Virus record (IMG/VR): IMGVR_UViG_3300017643_000041
DNA from: an uncultured virus (IMG/VR IMGVR_UViG_3300017643_000041)
Lineage: Duplodnaviria > Heunggongvirae > Uroviricota > Caudoviricetes
Reading direction: 5' to 3' (one strand)
Length of the DNA stretch: 64,000 bases
Made by a program: the position numbers and the translations under genes. Position 1 is the stretch's first letter. Each line of letters opens with the position of its first letter. Shown piece by piece: positions 35,052 to 42,869 of the stretch. The notes under the pieces were generated by a model. That model was not told the origin of the DNA and did no database searches. It was given only the letters and a program-made list of their open reading frames with translations.

Positions 35052-37279
35052 TGGCTACACTTGGCGCGTCCTTATTCCTTGCTGCTAACCACATGAGCCT
35101 GTTTGCTTCTTTCCTGATCATGACGGCTGCCACGGTGGTAGATAACTATCTAATATCTTCATTGTCTTCCGGTACCAAGGTAACCCAGGGCAAGGTTGAC
35201 GATTTGTCTGTCCAGACTTGTACGGTGGGTAGTGCCATATCTAAAGGGTATGGGAAAGTAAGACTTACCGGCAATATCATCTGGGGAACTAAATACACGG
35301 AACATATTAAACAAACTACCAGTTCTGCAGGAGGCAAAGGTGGTGGAGGAGCTAAGACTACTACAACTACCTATTCATACTCCGCTTCTTTTGCCATTGC
35401 CTTGGCAGAAGGACCTATTGTAGGCGTAAGCGCTGTGTGGGCAGATGGTAACGCCATTTCTTTAGATGATCTGGATTACAGGCTATATTATGGTACTGAA
35501 AACCAGATGCCCGATGAGTTCATGGAGGCCATAGAAGGGGCAGGCAATGTTCCTGCCTACAGGGGCCTGGCCTATATTGTTTTCAAGAATGTCTTGCTTA
35601 CGGATTATGGTAACAGGATACCCACCTTTAGTTTTGTGGTAGAGTTTCCAAAAAGTAATCTGAAAGACATTGTGGAAGATATTAGTGCCGAAGCAGGGCT
35701 TATTCTGCAGCAGGAAGTTGATGCCGCCGCCTTATCTAACCTTTCGGTGGATGGCTTTATTCGCAACGGTTCCAAGACATTTAGGGAACAGATGGAAGAA
35801 CTAAGAGTTGTTCATGTCTTTGATGGAACTGAGCGCTTTGGCAAGATTGTCTTTGCTCCTAGGAGCTTTTCCACGGTCATACCTATTTCCAAGGGTGAAA
35901 TAGGAGCCTTTGAAAACAAGGCCGGAGAGGAGCCTATTGAAACATCAATACAGTATGATATGGAGCTGCCCAAACGGCTGACCATTAGTTACCTTTCCAA
36001 GGATAACGACTACCAGACAGGGACACAGACGGGCTACCGGCAACTGACAGGTGCCATAAGCGAGAAAAGTTTATCTACTAACGTGGTAATGTCAGATAGC
36101 GCAGCCAAGTCCGTAGCTGAAATGAGACTTTACGAACTTTGGATGGCAAGGACAACTCATGAATTCAAGCTGCCTATGAAGTATGGCTACGTACTTCCTG
36201 GTGATGTCCTGCAGCTTAACATGCCTAACGATACAGGTAGCCAACTGGTGGTAGTAACCAAGGCCAACTTTGGCAGGCCGGGACTTAACGTAATCTCTGC
36301 ATCCAATGTCAATGCCATGAACTATACTTTGGTAACAAGACCGGTAGATGAAACGCCGGAAGCCATTATCAGTACACCAAGCGAGGTGTTTGCCTTTATC
36401 TTGGACTATCCAAAAGTGTCCATAGACACTTCCAGTGGTGATGATTACGTCTATATTGCCGTAGGAGCGAAGAACTTTTATGGTGCTAATATTTATAGGT
36501 CCTATGATGCCGGAGTAAGCTATGAGCATCAGCTGACATTTACAGGTGCGGCTACCTTTGGTGAAACAGTGACAGCTTTAGGTAATGCTTATCCGGAGTA
36601 TTGGGACAATGGTCATACCGTGGATGTGAAGCTTACAGCTGGTACCTTGGAAAGTCATACTAAGGCAGAAGTACTGAATTTTGCCAATGCTGCCGTAGTA
36701 GGAGACGAAGTTATCCAATTCATGACGGCAGAGCTTATTGCTGAAGATACCTACAGGCTAAAAGGTCTGCTGAGATGCAGGAATGGTACTGAGCATAGAA
36801 TGGAAAATCACCAGATTGGTGAACGTTTTGTGCTTTTGAACAGCACCGGTATTTCAGCTCTGCCCATAAGCAAGAGCGACTGGTACACCGATGTGAACCT
36901 CAGAATTGGTCCAAGGGCCAATAGCGTAATAAACGACAGCTATAAGAACTATACTTTTCAGCCACAGGGAGAGATGTACAGGCCTTGGAGTGTCTGCTCT
37001 TTAAGAGCCAAGAAGGTAAATGGAAATGTAGTAATTACCTGGAAACGCCGGACCAGAAAAGATGGTGCATGGAAAGATTATGCTGATGTGCCTTTATCTG
37101 AAAATACTGAAGCCTATGAAGTAGAAGTGCTAGATAAAGACAATAAGGTATTGCGCACTACAGCGGTAAGCCAAGAAAGTTACACTTATGATGGCACTGT
37201 TGTTGGTGCTTATAAAGTTAAGGTTTATCAGATTAGTGAAGTAAGAGGTAGAGGTATAGGAAAGGAGCTGATGCTGTGA
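35051..37279 (+). CDS. Tail tip / host-specificity protein (RcGTA g15 megatron-like)
   Basis: GNIIW, GGKGGG, YSASFAIAL.EGPI, VPAYRGLAY, YGNRIP, LLRCRNGTE, WKRRTR. Confidence 0.85.
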   Translation: MATLGASLFLAANHMSLFASFLIMTAATVVDNYLISSLSSGTKVTQGKVDDLSVQTCTVGSAISKGYGKVRLTGNIIWGTKYTEHIKQTTSSAGGKGGGGAKTTTTTYSYSASFAIALAEGPIVGVSAVWADGNAISLDDLDYRLYYGTENQMPDEFMEAIEGAGNVPAYRGLAYIVFKNVLLTDYGNRIPTFSFVVEFPKSNLKDIVEDISAEAGLILQQEVDAAALSNLSVDGFIRNGSKTFREQMEELRVVHVFDGTERFGKIVFAPRSFSTVIPISKGEIGAFENKAGEEPIETSIQYDMELPKRLTISYLSKDNDYQTGTQTGYRQLTGAISEKSLSTNVVMSDSAAKSVAEMRLYELWMARTTHEFKLPMKYGYVLPGDVLQLNMPNDTGSQLVVVTKANFGRPGLNVISASNVNAMNYTLVTRPVDETPEAIISTPSEVFAFILDYPKVSIDTSSGDDYVYIAVGAKNFYGANIYRSYDAGVSYEHQLTFTGAATFGETVTALGNAYPEYWDNGHTVDVKLTAGTLESHTKAEVLNFANAAVVGDEVIQFMTAELIAEDTYRLKGLLRCRNGTEHRMENHQIGERFVLLNSTGISALPISKSDWYTDVNLRIGPRANSVINDSYKNYTFQPQGEMYRPWSVCSLRAKKVNGNVVITWKRRTRKDGAWKDYADVPLSENTEAYEVEVLDKDNKVLRTTAVSQESYTYDGTVVGAYKVKVYQISEVRGRGIGKELML

Positions 37280-37692
37280 GCAACACAAAAAGAATAGGGC
37301 TGGAATACCTGGAGGTAAACCAGTCCCAGAAGGAAACAACGGTTAATGAGGCCTTTAACAAGTTAGACTTATTTGCCGGATTAACAATAGAAAGTGTCAT
37401 ATCAGCACCACCTAGCAGTCCTACCGAAGGGGCTGCTTTTTTAGTGGGTGAAAGTGCGACAGATGCTTTTCTTGGTAAAGAGAAGCAAATAGCTCATTAC
37501 CTGAATGCAGGCTGGGAGTTCTATGCTCCTTTTGATGGCTTAAAGCTGTACTGTTTGGCTGACGGCAGCAATTATCGCTACCTGTCCGGTGCTTGGCAGA
37601 CATTAAGCGAACCTACCATCCAGGTGGTGGATGCCTTGCCTGCTACGCCAGTGGCAGGTGTGATTTATTTTGTGAAAGAGGCAACGACATGA
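37276..37692 (+). CDS. DUF2793 tail fibre-associated protein
   Basis: QSQKETTVNEA..KLD, PP.SP.EG, GWEFYAP. Confidence 0.82.
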   Translation: MSNTKRIGLEYLEVNQSQKETTVNEAFNKLDLFAGLTIESVISAPPSSPTEGAAFLVGESATDAFLGKEKQIAHYLNAGWEFYAPFDGLKLYCLADGSNYRYLSGAWQTLSEPTIQVVDALPATPVAGVIYFVKEATT

Positions 37693-38177
37693 TCAGCATA
37701 AATGGCAATACTATCAAAGAAGTATATGTGGGTAGCAATAAGATAAGCAAGGTCTATCACGGTTCTGATTTAATTTGGAAAGCAGGCGAAGGAGGTGATC
37801 CTAATATCTTTGACAAGTCCCTGGCAGATATTTATGCCTATATCCGTTATGCCAACTTGTCCTTTAATACAGCCACAGCGGATAACCTTATGGCCAGGTG
37901 CGTGGTTGAGCCGAATACTACCTATACAGTTACGCTATTGATGGATACTCGGTTTAGAATATTCAGCTATAATGGGCAACCGGCAACGGGAACTGTTCTG
38001 TCCGGTGTCATTATTGATTCTTCAGATACCAATGGTACTGCTAGTGTTAACCAAACCAGGAGTCTTACGATAACGGCCGGAAGTGACCATACTATGCTCT
38101 ATATCGGCTATTGGACTAGCACCGGAACGATGGCGGCAGCAGATATTAGAAACAGCATCATAATTACTAAAAACTAA
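37689..38177 (+). CDS. Putative receptor-binding / tail protein
   Basis: VYVGS..ISKVYHGSDLIW N-terminus then beta-rich domain; ATGA coupling. Confidence 0.6.
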   Translation: MISINGNTIKEVYVGSNKISKVYHGSDLIWKAGEGGDPNIFDKSLADIYAYIRYANLSFNTATADNLMARCVVEPNTTYTVTLLMDTRFRIFSYNGQPATGTVLSGVIIDSSDTNGTASVNQTRSLTITAGSDHTMLYIGYWTSTGTMAAADIRNSIIITKN

Positions 38178-38191
38178 AGGAGTGAAGAAAA

Positions 38192-38701
38192 TTGAATAAA
38201 GAAGCTTTATATATGGCTATTACGGATAGCCTTAGGAATCTTCAGGACGTATGGGTGGTAAAACTCATAACGTCCTTTTTTCTTGCCACGATTTATAACC
38301 TGCATGTACAGCTTATCTGTGCTTTTGCAGTTCTGGTGTTCCTGGATCTGGGTACTAAATGGCTGGCCTTATCCAAGATGCACTTAGAAAATTCCGGCAA
38401 GGAAGCAAACATCATAAAAGAAATAAAAAATATCCCGGCAGCCAGACGCGCGGGATACATCAAATCTACGGTAATGAAAAATCGTTTCATTGGTAAGATG
38501 TTTATTTATTGCCTTTTAACCTTTTGCGGCGGTGTGGTGGACCTTATGCTTATTGCCCAGGGCAGGCCGCCTATGGCAGTGTCCTTAGTGGTTGGCTACC
38601 TATCCGTCAACGAGCTCTTGTCTATTGTGGAAAATCTCCAAGACGCAGGAGTAGAAGAAGCTAAAAGGCTAAAAGAAATTATAGACAGAAAGCTGGGATA
38701 G
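38192..38701 (+). CDS. Phage holin family protein
   Basis: Several TM segments; NELLSIVENL..AG motif; upstream of amidase. Confidence 0.8.
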   Translation: MNKEALYMAITDSLRNLQDVWVVKLITSFFLATIYNLHVQLICAFAVLVFLDLGTKWLALSKMHLENSGKEANIIKEIKNIPAARRAGYIKSTVMKNRFIGKMFIYCLLTFCGGVVDLMLIAQGRPPMAVSLVVGYLSVNELLSIVENLQDAGVEEAKRLKEIIDRKLG

Positions 38702-38702
38702 G

Positions 38703-39260
38703 ATGAATGAGATTACTTTAAATGAACTTAAAGAAATGGCCCAGGAGGCCAAAGGCTATATAGACAAGATCTATGTGCATTGGACTGCCGGAAGATATCA
38801 TCAGTTCTTTGATGACTACCATATTAATGTCGATGCAGATGGCAAACTTTATGCCTCTACGAACGATTTAACAGAAGTGCTTGCGCATACCTGGCACAGG
38901 AACAGCAGGGCCATAGGCATTGCCTTGGCGTGCTGTTATGGGGCAGAAGCGAATAGTGGTGAAGATGCTAACTTTGGCGATTATCCACCTACTCAGGAAC
39001 AAATTGATGGTGCAGCCAAAGCAATAGCCGTACTATGCAAAGGGTTGGAAATTTCCATAGATTATGATCACATTATGACACATTGCGAAGCCGCAGAAGA
39101 GGACGATTATGGTCCTTCTACTACTTGTGAGCGGTGGGACTTGTGGTATTTGCCGGATACTCCGGGAAGTACTGACCTTAAACCGGGCGGGGACGTAATT
39201 CGTGGCAAAGCAGCCTGGTGGCAGGAAAAATTGCAAGAAAGCGCTGAAAAAGGGCTTTGA
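38703..39260 (+). CDS. Endolysin, N-acetylmuramoyl-L-alanine amidase
   Basis: VHWTAG, YH, HTWHRNSRAIGI, THCE. Confidence 0.85.
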   Translation: MNEITLNELKEMAQEAKGYIDKIYVHWTAGRYHQFFDDYHINVDADGKLYASTNDLTEVLAHTWHRNSRAIGIALACCYGAEANSGEDANFGDYPPTQEQIDGAAKAIAVLCKGLEISIDYDHIMTHCEAAEEDDYGPSTTCERWDLWYLPDTPGSTDLKPGGDVIRGKAAWWQEKLQESAEKGL

Positions 39261-39377
39261 AATTTCGCTTTTGAGGCCTTTTTTCAGCATGGTGCTTATG
39301 GTTAGTCCTATGAAAAATAGGAAAAACAACTTGCACACTTTAAGAATTGGTTTCATAGCAATTTTAATGAAAATGGG

Positions 39378-39761
39378 GTGGTGATAGTGAATGATGAACA
39401 AAAGAAGTACCTTGTGTTTGGTGCTCTTATCCTTATTATTTCTTTCCTTCTTGTGCTTACCGGCTACTTCATTGGCAGCAGAGTATCTGATAACGGATAC
39501 GGAACTCAGCCAGTTGGAGAGCAACTTAAACAGGCTGGAAATAATCAACAAGAACTCACAAAAGGAATTGTCGGCAGTAAAGAGCGAACTGAAGATGTCG
39601 AAGGACGAATTGACCGAAGCCAAGAAACAATTGATTCTGCTGCAGAGCGAACTGGACGGGTTGAAGATAACGTCACAGAAGCAGGAGAGCTTATTAGCCA
39701 AAGCCAACGAATCCTTAAAAACGTACGCGCAAGAGGAGAAGTCAAAAAGGGCTGTAATTGA
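39378..39761 (+). CDS. Spanin-like protein: N-terminal TM plus coiled coil
   Basis: Hydrophobic YLVFGALILIISFLLVLTGYFIG then heptad region; follows endolysin. Confidence 0.55.
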   Translation: MVIVNDEQKKYLVFGALILIISFLLVLTGYFIGSRVSDNGYGTQPVGEQLKQAGNNQQELTKGIVGSKERTEDVEGRIDRSQETIDSAAERTGRVEDNVTEAGELISQSQRILKNVRARGEVKKGCN

Positions 39762-39825
39762 AAGGCAGCGTAACCTTGCCTATGTATTAAGTGCAGGGTT
39801 GCTTTATGCTTGGGTAAGGAAATGA
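39391..39825 (+). CDS. Overlapping (+1 frame) exported coiled-coil protein with C-terminal hydrophobic anchor; spanin partner candidate
   Basis: Signal peptide ending SLA-AE; coiled coil; LAYVLSAGLLYAW. Confidence 0.6.
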   Translation: MMNKRSTLCLVLLSLLFLSFLCLPATSLAAEYLITDTELSQLESNLNRLEIINKNSQKELSAVKSELKMSKDELTEAKKQLILLQSELDGLKITSQKQESLLAKANESLKTYAQEEKSKRAVIERQRNLAYVLSAGLLYAWVRK

Positions 39826-39836
39826 ACATTTATAGC

Positions 39837-39883
39837 AAAAATGCTGGTAGGAGTATATACTTACTCTTACCAGCATTTTTTTT
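39837..39883. terminator. Bidirectional terminator between lysis genes and sigma-like gene
   Basis: AAAAATGCTGGTAGGAGTA / TACTCTTACCAGCATTTTT. Confidence 0.85.
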
Positions 39884-39885
39884 GT

Positions 39886-40431
39886 TTATTCTTTTATTTC
39901 GGGAAATTCTTTCATTAAAATCTTTTTTACCATTTTAATTTTATCCCGCATGGTGTTTCGCGGCAGGCCAATTTTGTCCGCTATGGCTTCTTCCTTCGCA
40001 CCAGATAGCCTAAGGGTTCCAATAAGTGTTGATTGTGACATGAGCTCATTAGCACGCTTAAGTAACTGCTCAAAAATGACTTTGTTAGTGGCCAGCTCAT
40101 CTGTACCTAAAGCGTTGCCATCGGGGATGACATCAAGTAAAGGTACTTTTTCTCCATTGTGAGTGTACATGGGTTCATCTAAGGAACAAAACTTACCGGG
40201 CGTGGCGTATTGGCATAGGCCACAATGCCCATCACACTTCCAGAGAAGCTTGGTCGGGCAGATACATTGTCCATGACTGCGGGCCTGTTTCTGTACACGC
40301 CAGATTTCTGGGTAGATGCCACGATATACTTCTTCGGAAATTGGTATGAGGGTTATCTTGCGAGGATTATCGCAATCTCTCATGGGGTAATACCTTTGCT
40401 TTAGTTGACTCGGATTTATTCTTTTTGCCAT
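39886..40431 (-). CDS. Sigma-70 region-4-like regulator with Cys cluster
   Basis: CICPTKLLWKCDGHCGLC, SLDEP, C-terminal HTH EAIADKIGLPRNTMRD; start ATG 40431 after AAGGAG. Confidence 0.7.
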   Translation of the reverse strand: MAKRINPSQLKQRYYPMRDCDNPRKITLIPISEEVYRGIYPEIWRVQKQARSHGQCICPTKLLWKCDGHCGLCQYATPGKFCSLDEPMYTHNGEKVPLLDVIPDGNALGTDELATNKVIFEQLLKRANELMSQSTLIGTLRLSGAKEEAIADKIGLPRNTMRDKIKMVKKILMKEFPEIKE

Positions 40432-40672
40432 GTTGTTTTCTCCTTCTGGGACGATGCCCAAAGCGGAGATAACCTATATGGCTGCCAGTTTTAATGATCA
40501 TAGTGGTCACCTCATACGGATTTCTCCGCCTAAAATTGGTGACCGACTGTTCGCAAGCCGGCACTGTATTAAATTAGTACGTCTAAGCTTTAACTACGAA
40601 CACACCTTACGGCCGTAAGAAGGTGAGCTAAGGCTAAGACAGGTAGTTTAACGTCTTATCCAGGACGTTAGT

Positions 40673-40876
40673 TTAATTGTCATTGGCTATCTGCTCTAAG
40701 TCAGCAAACACTTCAGAATAGTAACAGGGAGACAGAGTATCGATACTTTGAGCTTTATACCTTCTGAAAACGGAGTTTACTACTTCTTGACCGTACATGG
40801 AGCATACGGCATTAGCACTGTTTTCGATGTTTATCTTCCATAGCCTGATTAATGAATCACACATATAACTCATCAC
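40673..40876 (-). CDS. Small hypothetical protein
   Basis: WKINIENSA...VFRRY.A...LSPCYYSEVFADL. Confidence 0.55.
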   Translation of the reverse strand: MMSYMCDSLIRLWKINIENSANAVCSMYGQEVVNSVFRRYKAQSIDTLSPCYYSEVFADLEQIANDN

Positions 40877-41174
40877 CTTTACTTTGTAAGTGCTTCCGGT
40901 AATCCTCGTCAGGAGCTGGAAACGCCGCTTGTAAGTACTGCAATTGCTTACAAATCAATTTTATAAAAAATAAATTGCATATTACATGATTAGAACTTGG
41001 AACTTTCTTGCACAGCAAAAAAAATAACGACCTTTGATTTTTCAAAGCTAAAAGCTAAGAAATTCAAAGGCCGTGTTGGAAAAAATCACATTTTATTGAT
41101 ATAATAGAAGAAAATACTGAACGTAATTTTAAATATTGGTAATATATGAAACAAAGTTATCAGGAGGAGTGAAT

Positions 41175-41384
41175 ATGCTGTATAGTTATAATAAACTTTG
41201 GAAGCTATTAATCGATAAAAATATGATGAAGAAGGATCTTATGGCAAAAACAAAGATTACATCATCGACAATAGCAAAAATGGGACACGGCGAATCAGTC
41301 AGTATGGAAGTGCTTGGCAGGATTTGCGATGTTATGGATTGTAATATTGGAGATATAGTCGATTATGTAAGGAAAACTAAGTAA
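41175..41384 (+). CDS. Cro/CI-type HTH regulator (probable repressor)
   Basis: YSYNKLWKLLIDK.M.K.DL...V...VLGRIC...C.IGDIV; AGGAGG RBS. Confidence 0.88.
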   Translation: MLYSYNKLWKLLIDKNMMKKDLMAKTKITSSTIAKMGHGESVSMEVLGRICDVMDCNIGDIVDYVRKTK

Positions 41385-41402
41385 AGAAACGGAGGACTGG
41401 TT

Positions 41403-42869
41403 ATGCGACTGTGCTTTGGAGCAATTATTCGGACATTACGGTATTGTACTAAGCCAATGATTAGTAATAAAGTCCTCTGTGGAGCAATAGTAAAATCTGT
41501 CAATGAAAGTTATGGACATGATTTAGAAGATGATGATGGTACTGTTGGTCATCTTGCAAACTGTGATCATAACTTATCACCAGATAATGTTGTGGATCCA
41601 GCAAGAGATGCTGACCTCTCATTGGTTGCCAGAAAAATAAGCCGGTTTGTTCTTCCACTTCTTGATGAAGGCAAATTAAAAATAGGCTTACTTGCGCTTA
41701 GGGCAATTGCTATTTCCGACAACATTGATGCAGATACTTCAATTGGCAGAATGAAATTTGCTGCACTTAAAAATATGACAATATTTAATCCAGCTGATTT
41801 TATAGGGGATCTTTTCATATATACTGCTACAGTCGTGGATAACAAATCAGGAAAAGATACTATTAAGCAAGTTACAAAAGATTTTGTGCTGTCATTTGGA
41901 GCCAATGTAGATACAATTACAATTGATAACAGTGTTATTGTTGAGACAGAGGAACTTAGCTGTACCCTTGATAATAGTGGCTTCGATGCTGTCTTTAAGG
42001 AAGTAGAACATCCTGAATCTCTGCAACTGCGAAATTCAAGTAAACTGAAGCTTTATTATTTAGATATATCTGATTCTAGTTTTGATTATGCAGCAATAGG
42101 TGAATATCTGCTGGATTGTGCCAGCATGTATGTATATAACAGGATGCAGATTAAAGATTTTGAAGATCTACATAAAATTCGCACTATGGGTATAAAAGCA
42201 CTTCGTTTAATGCAGGCGAATGGTCACCCTGATGAAAGAGGGACAGGAAATGAGTTGGGTGAAATGCTCCTATTTACGTTTATGGAAGGTGCTCTTCATG
42301 CGCCTAAATTACTCAGCAAAGTTGAGATAGTAACTGCGGCCAGCCAGTACAATAGCAAAAGCGATAGTGTACATCTTCTAAAACGAAAAATTAATGGTGC
42401 TACCAGTTATCAGTTAGTGTTTGGCACATCATGCATTAACGGTGATATTAAGAGCGGTATTGACTTTGCTTTTTCAGCTTTGACAGAGATTAAAACTGGT
42501 AAAGTTTCTGAACGTAACATGGTTGACAACACACTACTTAACAGAACCTTTGATTCAGAAACCACGGCGTGGCTGCGACAAATATTGATTCCAAGCCGAG
42601 ACCGTACACAGGCTCCTGATTTGGCCTTTGGTGTCTTTATTGGATATTCACTTGGAATGAAGTGTGACGACAATGATGCTTTCCGCGAAAAGGCTATCCA
42701 GAAGATGAAGGCCGATATAAAGAAAGTTGCACCTTACATTATGAAGAAGATTGCAGACACGAAACTTGAAATGCACTCGTATTATTTCTATTTTCTTCCT
42801 TTAAATAACGCAGAGGAAGACAAACGAATAATTATGGCTAATTTGCTAGGAGGTGAACAGCATGAGTGA
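41403..42869 (+). CDS. hamA: Hachiman HamA (DUF1837) nuclease with N-terminal extension
   Basis: GELGEMLLF-like (NELGEMLLF) motif, APKLLSK, DSVHL; upstream of Ski2-like helicase. Confidence 0.8.
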   Translation: MRLCFGAIIRTLRYCTKPMISNKVLCGAIVKSVNESYGHDLEDDDGTVGHLANCDHNLSPDNVVDPARDADLSLVARKISRFVLPLLDEGKLKIGLLALRAIAISDNIDADTSIGRMKFAALKNMTIFNPADFIGDLFIYTATVVDNKSGKDTIKQVTKDFVLSFGANVDTITIDNSVIVETEELSCTLDNSGFDAVFKEVEHPESLQLRNSSKLKLYYLDISDSSFDYAAIGEYLLDCASMYVYNRMQIKDFEDLHKIRTMGIKALRLMQANGHPDERGTGNELGEMLLFTFMEGALHAPKLLSKVEIVTAASQYNSKSDSVHLLKRKINGATSYQLVFGTSCINGDIKSGIDFAFSALTEIKTGKVSERNMVDNTLLNRTFDSETTAWLRQILIPSRDRTQAPDLAFGVFIGYSLGMKCDDNDAFREKAIQKMKADIKKVAPYIMKKIADTKLEMHSYYFYFLPLNNAEEDKRIIMANLLGGEQHE

